64,000 nucleotides of DNA from a virus (IMGVR_UViG_2884546135_000003:1708-65707); one strand, 5' to 3'; shown: positions 7,619-17,657, numbered from the stretch's first letter. Numbers and translations: made by a program. Notes: a model not told the origin generated them from the sequence alone.

Positions 7619-10222
7619 TTATCGCACAAAACAGAACGCCACCGCATAACCCTTTTTCGGGTCGAACGGCTGGCGAATTTCCATGCAGAGCACGTTGGTT
7701 TCCGCATCCGACTTGGTTCCTACACCATCAGCAAAAGGTTTGACGTATTCCCCGACAGCGACTGTCTCATCAACGCGCACATGGATCTGGCCGAGCAAGC
7801 CGACGCAAGTCCACTCTTCGGGCCGGTCAGACCGGCGCACGTTTTCAATCGACGGATCATAATCCGGATTTTCACGCTGGATCTTGACCAACGGAGCCGG
7901 TACCGGGTTCGGGACAAGCGGTGCGGGCTCAGGGTTCGGAATGAAGGGCGACGAGGCAACGAGCTTGCGAAGCTCGACAATTTCGCCTTTGTCGTTCTTG
8001 ACCTGCACCTCATCAAAGACAGGGTGGTTCGGATTCGGCACACTGCGCGGCCAATCCGGGTCTGGCACCTTTTCCGGCCAATCCGGGTCTGGCACTTCAT
8101 CATAGAGCTCTTCACCGAACTCTCCAGTCAGGAAGCGGCCCGCCCAGGTAAACGGCGTGTCGCCTGCGACAACCAGAGCCGTTGCCGAAACAACGCCAAG
8201 AACTCTGTCCCCGTCACGTGCAGGGCGCACCTTGCGGCCATTCAGCGCGACCAGCGAACCGAGCAGGATGACACCATGCTCAAGGTTCTCGAAATATTCC
8301 GCATAGTCCGTGAAGGTGTGCGAGCCGTTGAACGCACCTGCCGCGTAGACTTGGCCGTTCGGATAGGCATGCCATTTCATGTTGGCGGTCGAAGCCCCAC
8401 CTGCGCCGCTATCGCCAAGACCAATTGACCGCGTCACATTATTAATCGTGCGCCGACCCGCAACAACAGCACCGTCAGCCGTCGCATTACAGGTATTTGC
8501 CGCGAGTGCGACCGAGAAAGTCCCTGTTGCAGTTGATGCACTTGCGGCTATTGCTGCGGCAAAATCACCGCTGACAGTGCTGTCTGCGGCTGCAAGCGCA
8601 CCTGACACATCGCCAGTAACATCTGTATTGTCGGTTCCGAGTGAACCTGAAGCCGTACCAGTGACTGTTGAGCCATTGATGTTGGCTATATTGGCAGAGA
8701 AATCGCCCGTGCCGTTGTCAACGCAAGCATCTACGGTGTCCGAATAACCGCTCCCACCATTGGTGACAGTGACAGTCAGAATAGCCCCGCTGCCGTCAAC
8801 TGTCGCAACTTCAGCTGTCGCCCCCGTACCGGGGCCGGCCCGATCAAAGATCGTGATGTCATCCCCAACCTGGAAGCCCCAACTCATGTCATTTGCATTT
8901 GGAGCGATGGCCGTGATGACGCCGCTCGAAACGGTGACGTCAAGAAGATCGCCGCCTCCGCGACCGACAGAACCGCCAGCACTTGCCGCCAGAAACGCAA
9001 AACGGCCACTCACAAAACCATATCGAGCTGAAACAGAAGAGCAGCGTTCGTTGCTCAGGAGAGTAAACTGGCTGCTATATGCGCCGCCGCCAAAACCGCC
9101 AACGACCCAACATTCTTCGGACCCGAGCGCAACCGACTGCGGTACATCAAGCTTGCACTGCCGTGCTGCCCCGCCGAAATACACGTTTCCACGGCCGCTA
9201 GAATAGGTCGAAGCCGCAAAAACACCACGCGTGAATGTGGTGTAACAATTGGTTGAAGCAATCAGCGCCAACAGGTCGTCCGTACTCGCACCGCTCTCTG
9301 TCGGAATGGGAAGCACACCGCCACCATACGCCGTCAAGTTCTGCGGCGTTCCGGACAGCTCAGCCGCTGTTATGATGGATTTTTCGAACCTGTCTTCTAC
9401 GCGCTCCGGCGTCATCACCTTATCTGACGCAGTCCCCGCTTTCGCTTCAGCTTCGGAGGCAATGTCGTTGGTCCAGGACACCGAACTAGCGTCGAAAATT
9501 TCCAACCAATCGCCAGACCCACCGGAAACAGGATCATCGCCCGTCGCGGATGCGACCTTCAACTGATACCACTTGTCATCTGAACCGGTAACGATCTGCC
9601 CCTCTGCGTAGGTGGTCCCGTTGTCGTACGCACCTTGATGATCAAACTGCGCACCCTCTGCCGAGCTGACAAGCTGTCGCCATTCCGAACCGGAGCGGAA
9701 AAGCAGAGTGCCAACGCCATCGATAATGTCGCCGATAGCAACATCCGCCCCAGACGCAGACTTGATGTTTTCTGCGCTGCCGCCATCGATAGCAATGGTT
9801 ACCGTTGTGCTTGTGTTAGTTCCTGGCGGATCAGGCAGAATAAGGATCTGCACCTCAGACGGATCGACGCCGGTTTCCGTATCGGCCGTGATAGCGTTTG
9901 CTGTGCCACCAATATTGGTCAGCACTGCAGCAGTATCTGGAAAGCTGCGAAGCTTGCTCCAGGAGCCGCTCAGCGACTGATAGATGCCGTTATTCGTTCC
10001 TGTCGAATCCGCAACGACCCAGGCCATCTGGTTATCTGTGGCACCGGTATTAGCGTCGAGCTGAGCCTTCGTGCTATAAATCAGCGCGCCGAGAGATGCG
10101 CCAGTAGCGAGCTGATTGAGAAGTGCGCGAATGTTTGCCTTTTTGGGCTTGTAGCTTCCAGACGACGAAACACCGTCGACGTTGTAATCCCGAAATTCGG
10201 TATTTGGAGTGAGTACTGCCAT
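7619..10222 (-). CDS. Tail fibre/spike with C-terminal intramolecular chaperone (Peptidase_G2-like)
   Basis: Gly/Ala/Thr-rich beta-repeat body; DYAEYFE, LGVVSAT..V.GD, GRFLTGEFG and VGLLGQI.V motifs; last gene of the tail module. Confidence 0.85.
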   Translation of the reverse strand: MAVLTPNTEFRDYNVDGVSSSGSYKPKKANIRALLNQLATGASLGALIYSTKAQLDANTGATDNQMAWVVADSTGTNNGIYQSLSGSWSKLRSFPDTAAVLTNIGGTANAITADTETGVDPSEVQILILPDPPGTNTSTTVTIAIDGGSAENIKSASGADVAIGDIIDGVGTLLFRSGSEWRQLVSSAEGAQFDHQGAYDNGTTYAEGQIVTGSDDKWYQLKVASATGDDPVSGGSGDWLEIFDASSVSWTNDIASEAEAKAGTASDKVMTPERVEDRFEKSIITAAELSGTPQNLTAYGGGVLPIPTESGASTDDLLALIASTNCYTTFTRGVFAASTYSSGRGNVYFGGAARQCKLDVPQSVALGSEECWVVGGFGGGAYSSQFTLLSNERCSSVSARYGFVSGRFAFLAASAGGSVGRGGGDLLDVTVSSGVITAIAPNANDMSWGFQVGDDITIFDRAGPGTGATAEVATVDGSGAILTVTVTNGGSGYSDTVDACVDNGTGDFSANIANINGSTVTGTASGSLGTDNTDVTGDVSGALAAADSTVSGDFAAAIAASASTATGTFSVALAANTCNATADGAVVAGRRTINNVTRSIGLGDSGAGGASTANMKWHAYPNGQVYAAGAFNGSHTFTDYAEYFENLEHGVILLGSLVALNGRKVRPARDGDRVLGVVSATALVVAGDTPFTWAGRFLTGEFGEELYDEVPDPDWPEKVPDPDWPRSVPNPNHPVFDEVQVKNDKGEIVELRKLVASSPFIPNPEPAPLVPNPVPAPLVKIQRENPDYDPSIENVRRSDRPEEWTCVGLLGQIHVRVDETVAVGEYVKPFADGVGTKSDAETNVLCMEIRQPFDPKKGYAVAFCFVR
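8049..8095. repeat. 20-bp direct repeat with 27-bp period (VPDPDWP twice)
   Basis: GGCCAATCCGGGTCTGGCAC at 8049-8068 and 8076-8095. Confidence 0.9.
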
Positions 10223-10231
10223 GTAATTTCC

Positions 10232-10260
10232 AAAAAAAAGGGGCGGCCGAAGCCACCCCT
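10232..10260 (-). terminator. Terminator immediately upstream of the tail fibre start
   Basis: Minus strand GGGGTGGC-TTCG-GCCGCCCC followed by T8. Confidence 0.8.
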
Positions 10261-10294
10261 GTGTTGGTCAATGTGTTTCGTTTTCTGGTCCGGC

Positions 10295-12397
10295 CTACGT
10301 CACAGTCACAGACCCGCTTTCAACTGGAGGATCACTCTCGACTCCACTGAAGTTCGCTGCTGTGAAATAGTAGTAGTAACTGCCGGCCGATAGGCTTCCA
10401 TCCGTGTGAGTGTACGCCGTGGACGGGGAGCCGTAGAACGGGCTGCTTCCAATCTCTGTCGCAGTGCTGAAGTTGTCTGTCGTGTTGCGATAGATGTGAA
10501 CACGAGAGAAGTTTGCGCTGTTTGGCGTTGTCCATCCGAGATTAGCAGACCCGACACTATCGACAGCGCTAACGGAAGTTGGATCGCCAGGTGGCGTCTC
10601 GTCAGCTGTTGCGGTAACGGTAATGCTTGATGTCCAAGCACCTTGACGACCAGTTAACGTGATATACCGCGCCTGAAATTCGTATTCGACGCCGTCATCC
10701 ATAATGAACCCGTCAACGCTCGTGGCACCATCTGGAACAGTTATCGATGTCCAGTTCGTGTCTGCGGTCTTCTTTCCACGAAGCTCCGTCACCAAAGCAT
10801 CGCCTGGATCATCAAAGTCAAGGACAGGGTATGGAACCGTAACCCCACCGACAACACGGTTATCGACCGTTACGTCAAAGCCAGCGACGGCAGGAATTGT
10901 ATTGTCGACGACTGCCTCATCAACGACTGGAGCGTCACCTTCCTCCTGATCTTCGTCCCAGGTGTAAGCCACGGCACTCATGGCGCGAAGCGTCAGCGTG
11001 ACGCTTTTCAGGATACCGTTGTCACCGATATTAAACTCGAAATTGTCAGTTTCGAACGCGCCCTGAATTCGAGTATTTCCAACGGTGTAATCAACCGCAA
11101 CGAATTGCTCCTGGAACGCTTCCATAGCCTTGAGGCGGCACGTTACCGTGATGCTCCAAAGCGGATTCAGTCGGTAATACTGGATCTTGAGTAGTCGCCT
11201 AGCCTGACTGTGGGAAGGCGTCCAAACAAGCGGGTAGTCCTCTGGAATTTCACCGCGGGCCGCCACACTCGTTGCGTCGATCCACGCATCTATGTCTGTA
11301 AGCTGATAGTCCTGATCTTTGGAAAGCCATTTGCCAGTCAGCTTGTTCGCGACATCGGCGACGTTGTTCCCGCGCCTCAGCTTTGAAAAGCCAGTGATCA
11401 CGGTGTTGTCGAGCAACACGGTTGGCTCGTAGTATTCACCAATAGCGATTGACATGCCGCCATCACGTGTCAGAATTGGACGTGCGTCACAATTCTTGAG
11501 CATGGCGTCAAGAACGCTGCCAGGCGTCTCCGATAGCTTATACGCCCCCCAAAGACGATAGCGCTTCTCTGTCCCGCCTGCTTTCAGGTCGATATCGTCG
11601 TCGCATCTATTCCAAGCCGTTAGCCACGCAGCGGATGCGAGTGTTGTATCAAGCACCTCTGACGGGATCCGCATCCCGTTCTCGCTTTCCATGAAGTGCT
11701 TGATCACACCTGCTGCATTGTCTGACCATTCCGTCACGCCAGTCGAGATGTTGGTCACCTTGGTGAACTTTCCCTCGATGCGATAAAGAGTGTTGATGCC
11801 ATTCGGGAACGTGTCGTAATACGACGATTGGCCGACCGGGAACTGAGTGGCGTAAAGCGAAACAACTCCCAGACCCTTATGGCTGGAGGTCCACTCCGAA
11901 AACGCAGAGGCAAGATTGGTGTAATACGTCTCTGTGCCGTCTCCGTATCTCAGCTCGACTCGTGCCTTGGAGTTGTAAGGCGAGCTCGTCACAATGCCGC
12001 TTCCGTTGCGGGTGACGGTATTGTCGTCGATCTTGACACTCAAGAGCTGAACCAGCGGACCTTGGCAAATCGCCAGAAGCTTGTGAAACGAACCCTGTTT
12101 CGTTTCCGCGAACACCCAGTTTCCACTGGCCTGATATTGACCATAAAACACCTGACGGTCAGCCGCGGAGGCTCTTAGGGATTGCTGAACATCTGTCGGG
12201 TTGGAGGCGGAGGCCGGAACTTCCTGAGAGAACAGCGCGTTCGCTAGAAACGAAGCCCCGAATGCCAAGCCGATGCTGACAGCTGCTCCAAAAATCGAAC
12301 CGGCAATACCAACGCCGGCAACTGTGTTCACAATAGCGAGGGGGGCGCCGAGGCTGAAAAGCAGCCCGGCGATAGGTACAGCAATAACTTGAGGCAC
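10295..12397 (-). CDS. Central tail/baseplate hub protein with C-terminal fibronectin-III-like domains
   Basis: 700 aa, position after Dit/NlpC-like genes; VFYGQY..SG.WVF start region, Ser/Thr-rich beta C-terminus. Confidence 0.8.
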   Translation of the reverse strand: MPQVIAVPIAGLLFSLGAPLAIVNTVAGVGIAGSIFGAAVSIGLAFGASFLANALFSQEVPASASNPTDVQQSLRASAADRQVFYGQYQASGNWVFAETKQGSFHKLLAICQGPLVQLLSVKIDDNTVTRNGSGIVTSSPYNSKARVELRYGDGTETYYTNLASAFSEWTSSHKGLGVVSLYATQFPVGQSSYYDTFPNGINTLYRIEGKFTKVTNISTGVTEWSDNAAGVIKHFMESENGMRIPSEVLDTTLASAAWLTAWNRCDDDIDLKAGGTEKRYRLWGAYKLSETPGSVLDAMLKNCDARPILTRDGGMSIAIGEYYEPTVLLDNTVITGFSKLRRGNNVADVANKLTGKWLSKDQDYQLTDIDAWIDATSVAARGEIPEDYPLVWTPSHSQARRLLKIQYYRLNPLWSITVTCRLKAMEAFQEQFVAVDYTVGNTRIQGAFETDNFEFNIGDNGILKSVTLTLRAMSAVAYTWDEDQEEGDAPVVDEAVVDNTIPAVAGFDVTVDNRVVGGVTVPYPVLDFDDPGDALVTELRGKKTADTNWTSITVPDGATSVDGFIMDDGVEYEFQARYITLTGRQGAWTSSITVTATADETPPGDPTSVSAVDSVGSANLGWTTPNSANFSRVHIYRNTTDNFSTATEIGSSPFYGSPSTAYTHTDGSLSAGSYYYYFTAANFSGVESDPPVESGSVTVT

Positions 12398-12399
12398 TA

Positions 12400-12807
12400 T
12401 TACAACCCTCGAGGTTCAATTCGCCATGCGACGATCGTTGCGCCTACGTCTGCGCCGATGAAACCATCTGCATCGCGGGAAAACCATTGCGACCCGTCAA
12501 AGACAGCCACACAAACTTTTCCGTGTGTGTAGATAAGGCCGACGTCGTTTTCCTCTGGCTCGGAGGTGCGCTTAAACCCGCAGGAGCGCATAACTTCCTT
12601 TACGGCCCTTATCAGACCGCCCGGCTGAGCCATCCACTGCTCCGCTAGATCAACGGAGTTATAACCTCGGCCGAACTCTGCGAGCGGCGAGCGCCCGATA
12701 ACCTCTTGAACACGTCTGTCGGCCATCGCTGCACAACTCGCATTCTCCCACGAAAATGGAATCTGCATCTCGCGTTCGATGAAGTCGGCCATGCCGCTCT
12801 GCTGCAT
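12400..12807 (-). CDS. Tail tip NlpC/P60-like (DUF6950-like) protein
   Basis: FSWENASC.A and GDVG-like DVGLI..HG..CV pattern; syntenic position. Confidence 0.6.
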   Translation of the reverse strand: MQQSGMADFIEREMQIPFSWENASCAAMADRRVQEVIGRSPLAEFGRGYNSVDLAEQWMAQPGGLIRAVKEVMRSCGFKRTSEPEENDVGLIYTHGKVCVAVFDGSQWFSRDADGFIGADVGATIVAWRIEPRGL

Positions 12808-12808
12808 A

Positions 12809-13396
12809 TCAATAGTCCGGATAGGTAAATGTCTTGAAGACAACCGGCGCCACGAACTGGAAAAACTTGTCGCCTGGGTGCCTGATTTGTTGATCGCGAT
12901 CAGTGAACCGGCCGCCGACAGGTTTTGTGCGGTTGAAAAACACGTTTTCAGCAGCAACTTCGATCGTGCGTACCTTCTGTGAGTCGCCGTCGAATTCGAT
13001 TTCTGTTTCCGTGATCTCTGGCGGCTGCATGAATCCGAAAAACACACAAGGCGCCGCAGCGACGGGTTGCCATTCGTCATCGAAGAACTGCAGGTAAATT
13101 CGCATCAAGCGATCTTGCACTTCGCCAGCATCCTCAAGGGCAAGGCCGATCGCCGTGTCTGTGACGCCACTCAGGGAGACGGTCACCTTGTCGGATCTCG
13201 TTGCATTCTCGAACGACAAGCCGTCCACGCGGCCGGCGCCGAAGAGAGGCTTATACTCCACGCCATTGACGGTTAACTCGTCGAAACCGTTCCAGACGCC
13301 CATCGTTTCATCGTCGAAATTCAACTCGACGAGCAATGCAACGCGGATGGGTTGAGACGAAAGCGCCTCAACCTCATCAGACGTAAAAAATGCCAT
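12809..13396 (-). CDS. Minor tail protein
   Basis: R.ALLVELNF.......W.G and DRDQQ.RHPGDKFF.FV patterns; syntenic position. Confidence 0.7.
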   Translation of the reverse strand: MAFFTSDEVEALSSQPIRVALLVELNFDDETMGVWNGFDELTVNGVEYKPLFGAGRVDGLSFENATRSDKVTVSLSGVTDTAIGLALEDAGEVQDRLMRIYLQFFDDEWQPVAAAPCVFFGFMQPPEITETEIEFDGDSQKVRTIEVAAENVFFNRTKPVGGRFTDRDQQIRHPGDKFFQFVAPVVFKTFTYPDY

Positions 13397-13409
13397 TCTT
13401 CCTGACTCT

Positions 13410-14087
13410 CTACGCGGAAAGGTCTTCCACGAATTCGACGGTTCGAACCGACAGGCGTCCAGACTTCAACGGCAGCTCCATCTGCCGATCATCCTTCAGC
13501 CGCATACGGCAAACAGGATCCGAAAAATTGAGCTCATCACCAGAAATTACGGCTTCTCGCAGAGGCGGCCGGAACGTGATTTCCGCGAACTCTTCACTTG
13601 AGTAGCTCACCGATTTCACCTCATACAATCGCTCGAAAAAAGAAAAGACATGACCAGGTTCGATCGTGTCGCCGTAGTGAATGGTAATGTTTGCTGTCGT
13701 CGCGCGCTTCGCCAGCGCTGTGTCGGTTGTCACCAACATGGTGGCGCCGACATACCCCGTGTCATCGTCGAACAATGCATCATCATCGTGCGCGACCTGA
13801 TCGTAAGCGCCAGAAACAACTGGCAACGGCTGATAGCTGCGACAGTAGGGCACCACAATCGGAGCCCCCCTGCCCTGCAGCTGAGCTTTCAAGCCACGCC
13901 AGGCTCGCACCGTCGCCTCACCCCTGATCGGTATGTCAGCGAGAGTGCACCTCCAAAACCCGGAGTCCCCCTCGACCACATCGGAAATTGACGTGCCGGA
14001 GATCGGGCCGCTCAAGGAAACCGGCGTGAAGTCGAACATCGGCTCTTGCGAGATCAGCAATTGCCGCGGCCAGTACAAAGCCATCAA
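13410..14087 (-). CDS. Distal tail (Dit-like) protein
   Basis: Directly after the tape measure; ITFRPPLREAV..G..L.F..PVCRMRL. Confidence 0.7.
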   Translation of the reverse strand: MMALYWPRQLLISQEPMFDFTPVSLSGPISGTSISDVVEGDSGFWRCTLADIPIRGEATVRAWRGLKAQLQGRGAPIVVPYCRSYQPLPVVSGAYDQVAHDDDALFDDDTGYVGATMLVTTDTALAKRATTANITIHYGDTIEPGHVFSFFERLYEVKSVSYSSEEFAEITFRPPLREAVISGDELNFSDPVCRMRLKDDRQMELPLKSGRLSVRTVEFVEDLSA

Positions 14088-16309
14088 CCATTCCTCTTCT
14101 TCGCATTCGCCAACAGACTTGGCATTGATTTATCGACGGCCTTCACGCTCGATTGCACCGCGACTTGAACGATGGATCCGGATCTGGTGCGGATCTGCTG
14201 ATCAGCAATCTCTGCCATCCTGCCGCTGTCGTCTTGAAGGATAATGCGAACAACATCATTCGACGCAGAACTACCGCTGAAAGACGGAATGGACGGAGCC
14301 CCAACGGCCCCACCATTTGCATAACCGCGGAGCCTCTTGCGCATCGCGTCGAGTGCCCCAGGGCCGCCAGCCGCTCTGACCGAGTCCTGGTCGAAGACGT
14401 ACTCGCCCTTGTGAACCACGCCGGCCGGCTGATACTTCCCGCCAGGGCCTGTATAGCCGCCCTTGTCGAATGCGCCGAACAGCCCGCCAAGCAGGCTGGT
14501 GAAAATCCCACCAATGCCCCCGCCACCCTTGCCGGGCATCGGGAACGCAGCGTTAATTGCGATATCGATCAGTTTGTCGCTGATCTTTGTCAGCGCATTG
14601 GAAAAGATCTCCGCAGCGTCTTTGCCGTCACGAAAGCCGCGGATAATGTCGCCGGCCAACTCTCGCTGCAGGCCGACCATTTCTTCGGCGCGCTCGCGGA
14701 TTTTATCCTGACTCTCTGCGAGCTTGTTGGACTCTTGCACCGCGGCAGCGTATGCCGTGGATAGCCCTTCAACCTGCGCGGCAAGTTGTGGCGTAATTTC
14801 CAGACCGTTGCGCTTTGCATCGGCCAAAAGTTGCTGCGCTGTACTGGCCTTGGTAACCGAAAATCCAAAGTCGTCGATTAGCGGGTTGAGCCCACGCTGC
14901 GCCTCTGTTTCAGCCTTTAGAGCTTCCGTGCGCTCCCTGATTTGCGCGATATCATCAGCGAACTTGGCACCGCCGCTCTTCTTGCCACCACCACCGCGGC
15001 CACCAGACTTAGCGGGCGGAGTGAAATCATCAAGAGAAACCGTCTTTGCCGCCTTCCGACTCGGGCCGTTTCTCGCAGGCGGGCCGTATGAAAGCGGAGT
15101 ATCTCCAAGGCTCGGATTCGGCAATGTGGCTGGAATGTCAGCCGCCTCTGCTCGAAGCGCGGCGAGCGCGCCACGAACCTCGTTTAGACGGGCGATCGCT
15201 TCAGTGTTATCGAAGCCAAGATTGGTATTTTTCTCAATCGTGGCCTGCAGAAGCTCGACTTCGCGTTCCAGGCCAGAAATCTTGGTTTCGGCTTCCGAAA
15301 CATCCGGATTTACCGCATTCCCTTCTTCATCCAGAAGGCCAAGCGCTCTGTTCAGGTCTTCGAAAACCGACGCGTTGCCGATATTGGTGAAGAATGTTTC
15401 GAACTCGGCATTCGCTTTGGACAGCTTGTCAATTAGTCCGGAAACATCAAAATTATTGATTGCCTTAGCGGCAAAATTCACACCGTCAGCGAAATTCTTG
15501 CTTGCACCAGTGCTGTTGTTGAACTCCCGAGCTGAGTCAATGAGAGCGGTTTGAAGATTTCCGAGCGCCTGAGCTACTGTAAACTGAGCGTTTGCCACCT
15601 TCTCCGCAAGTGTGGGAGCCCCTGCTTCGAATGCCCTGAAAAACGCCTCTGACGACACCTTGCCGTCAACAACCAGCTGACGAAGCTTGGCTACAGAACC
15701 ACCAGCCTCCTCCAGTCCGCGCGCAGCAGCTTGTGCAATCGGCAACGCGCCTTCAAGGATGCTGTTGAATTCTTCTGCGCGAACAACGCCTGAACCGAGA
15801 GCCTGACCCAACTGCAACAAAGCGCCAGACGACTCGGCCGCAGATTTACCAGACACACGAAGCGCAACAGCTACGTTGTTCGTAAATCCAAGCAGCTCTT
15901 GGCTGCTAACTCCGAGTTCCTTTTGAACTAGCGCGGCCTTACCGTAAACCTCAACCAGGGCCTCTAAAGGTGCAGCATTTTCGATTGCCGCGTCTCGCAG
16001 CTTCCCGTAAACCTTCTCGAGCTCGATACCGGAAAGTCCGGCAACCTTGAGCGAGTTATCAATTCTGGTCGCGGCGTCTGAAAGGTCTTTCAGACCACGC
16101 ACGGAAAGCGCTGCGCCGATCGCCAGAGCCCAACCGCGGGCAGCGGAGCCAATGCTGGCTCCGATCCGCTTGTTCATGGCAGCAAACCGACTTTCAATGC
16201 GTCTCGTTGCCGTATTGGTGATGCCTCTGGCTTTATCCAGCCCCTTCTGATACTTGCGTACATCCGCGCTAAGCTGGACAACCAACCGCTCGAGATCTGT
16301 TGCGGCCAT
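14084..16309 (-). CDS. Tail tape measure protein
   Basis: ATDLERLVVQLSAD start, tape-measure repeat GALLQLGQALGSGVVRAEEFNSILEG, C-terminal FDKGGYTGPGGKYQPAGVVHKGEYV. Confidence 0.95.
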   Translation of the reverse strand: MAATDLERLVVQLSADVRKYQKGLDKARGITNTATRRIESRFAAMNKRIGASIGSAARGWALAIGAALSVRGLKDLSDAATRIDNSLKVAGLSGIELEKVYGKLRDAAIENAAPLEALVEVYGKAALVQKELGVSSQELLGFTNNVAVALRVSGKSAAESSGALLQLGQALGSGVVRAEEFNSILEGALPIAQAAARGLEEAGGSVAKLRQLVVDGKVSSEAFFRAFEAGAPTLAEKVANAQFTVAQALGNLQTALIDSAREFNNSTGASKNFADGVNFAAKAINNFDVSGLIDKLSKANAEFETFFTNIGNASVFEDLNRALGLLDEEGNAVNPDVSEAETKISGLEREVELLQATIEKNTNLGFDNTEAIARLNEVRGALAALRAEAADIPATLPNPSLGDTPLSYGPPARNGPSRKAAKTVSLDDFTPPAKSGGRGGGGKKSGGAKFADDIAQIRERTEALKAETEAQRGLNPLIDDFGFSVTKASTAQQLLADAKRNGLEITPQLAAQVEGLSTAYAAAVQESNKLAESQDKIRERAEEMVGLQRELAGDIIRGFRDGKDAAEIFSNALTKISDKLIDIAINAAFPMPGKGGGGIGGIFTSLLGGLFGAFDKGGYTGPGGKYQPAGVVHKGEYVFDQDSVRAAGGPGALDAMRKRLRGYANGGAVGAPSIPSFSGSSASNDVVRIILQDDSGRMAEIADQQIRTRSGSIVQVAVQSSVKAVDKSMPSLLANAKKRNG

Positions 16310-16336
16310 TATGTTTTTGCCCTACAATATATCGTT

Positions 16337-16623
16337 ATGAAAAAACCGTTTTGGCCGCGCTTGTGGCAATGACGACGTTCAGCGCTTACGCGAACGAAAT
16401 AGACGACGCCATGAAGCGTGTCGGGCCAGCTTATATGTGCGGCCCGGAATACGAATACCGTGCATCTCTAAGCGATCTGAAATCAGCCCTGCTAGACGCT
16501 GGAGTGCCTGAATCTCTAGCCGTGTACGCCGTCACCGGGATATCCGAATGGATCGTCAAGGAACACTCGGCAAATAGAAAGACGATGACGGCAGAAGATT
16601 GTAACCGTGTCTACGATCGCTAG
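16337..16623 (+). pseudogene. Small secreted protein moron, frameshifted in an A6 run after the ATG
   Basis: ATG AAA AAA CCG is out of frame with the long ORF; one extra A gives the signal peptide MKKTVLAALVAMTTFSAYA. Confidence 0.55.
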
Positions 16624-16781
16624 GCGTCACCACGCTCCTTCATCCAAGCGAAAATTTCATCAGCCTCTTTGTCAGAAAGCCTGCTCTGATCATCTGGAGA
16701 GTTGGCCCTTATGTAGCCATCCAGCGCCGCCATGTATTGCCACATGGACATCTGATTGACCTGCTGCGGCGTGAACCCCAT
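16620..16781 (-). CDS. Tail assembly chaperone, second ORF (probable -1 frameshift extension)
   Basis: MGFTPQQVNQMSMWQYMAALDGY motif; this frame stays open back into the upstream chaperone in the -1 frame. Confidence 0.7.
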   Translation of the reverse strand: MGFTPQQVNQMSMWQYMAALDGYIRANSPDDQSRLSDKEADEIFAWMKERGDA

Positions 16782-16837
16782 AACCACGCCCGTTCCGTAA
16801 ATCGCGGAGACACGAAATTTGCCGTTCGGAAGGGAGT

Positions 16838-17194
16838 CTAGGGGTTCTCCGTCTCGTCTTCCGTTTCGGGCTCCCCCGGCTGCTCATCCTCCGCACCGAG
16901 CAGGCCCGCTGACAGAATTCCGATGGCGTGCAAAAGGTTCTCAACCGGAGGTCTTGCTTCAACATATTGGCGCACCAGCCGCAAAGCTTTTACTGGCTCG
17001 AGGCCGCCTCCGATCAGGCCCAGCCTGATAACGTTGGAAATATCCTCAACCAGCCATGTACTGTTCTGCATGCGGTTCAAAATGACATACGGCCCGGCGT
17101 CACATTTTTCCTGGAGCTCGACCAACTCACCCCAACCAAGGCGGAATGTGTAATCATCATCCGCCCAGGTTAGATCAATTTTTGCGTCGCGCAT
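16838..17194 (-). CDS. Tail assembly chaperone (GTA-like)
   Basis: W.D..Y.FRLGWGEL.ELQEKCDAGP..I..R....W...DI..VIRLGLIGGG; position between tail tube and tape measure. Confidence 0.85.
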   Translation of the reverse strand: MRDAKIDLTWADDDYTFRLGWGELVELQEKCDAGPYVILNRMQNSTWLVEDISNVIRLGLIGGGLEPVKALRLVRQYVEARPPVENLLHAIGILSAGLLGAEDEQPGEPETEDETENP

Positions 17195-17200
17195 TCCGGA

Positions 17201-17638
17201 TTACGCAGTGACTCTGGTCAGTTCGCCATCGCTCTGCATTTCGATGGCCATTGTGACGCGGCCACCCTGCTCCGCTGACGGATTGAGCGAGGACACGTGC
17301 ATGTATCCTGTCCAGGTCGTGGTTGTGCCGCCCGTGAATTCAATCTCGATCTTGACCGGCGTGGAAGATGTGCTCTCCCATGCGTCAAGCCAGGTGGTCA
17401 GGGATTCCGAGGCGACAACGCCTTCGCCGGAGACGGAGGCAGACTTTGATGTCGCGTCGCGGCCAATCCATGCAACCGCGTCGGGGTCGTCGCAATCCGG
17501 GATGAGAACGTCAGCAAGTTCCTTGCTGAGAGTCAGTGATTTCTGAGTGAAGCCACATGGACTGGTGTAAACAATCGGGTCGCTATCGTCGCCGAGCTTG
17601 ATGAGAAATTTGCCAAAGCGGGTCGTTGAAGCTTGCAT
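17201..17638 (-). CDS. Major tail tube protein
   Basis: CGFTQKSLT.....DV.IPDCDDPD..W......S.SVSGEGV pattern. Confidence 0.9.
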   Translation of the reverse strand: MQASTTRFGKFLIKLGDDSDPIVYTSPCGFTQKSLTLSKELADVLIPDCDDPDAVAWIGRDATSKSASVSGEGVVASESLTTWLDAWESTSSTPVKIEIEFTGGTTTTWTGYMHVSSLNPSAEQGGRVTMAIEMQSDGELTRVTA

Positions 17639-17657
17639 TGCTCTTGATAAACCTCAT

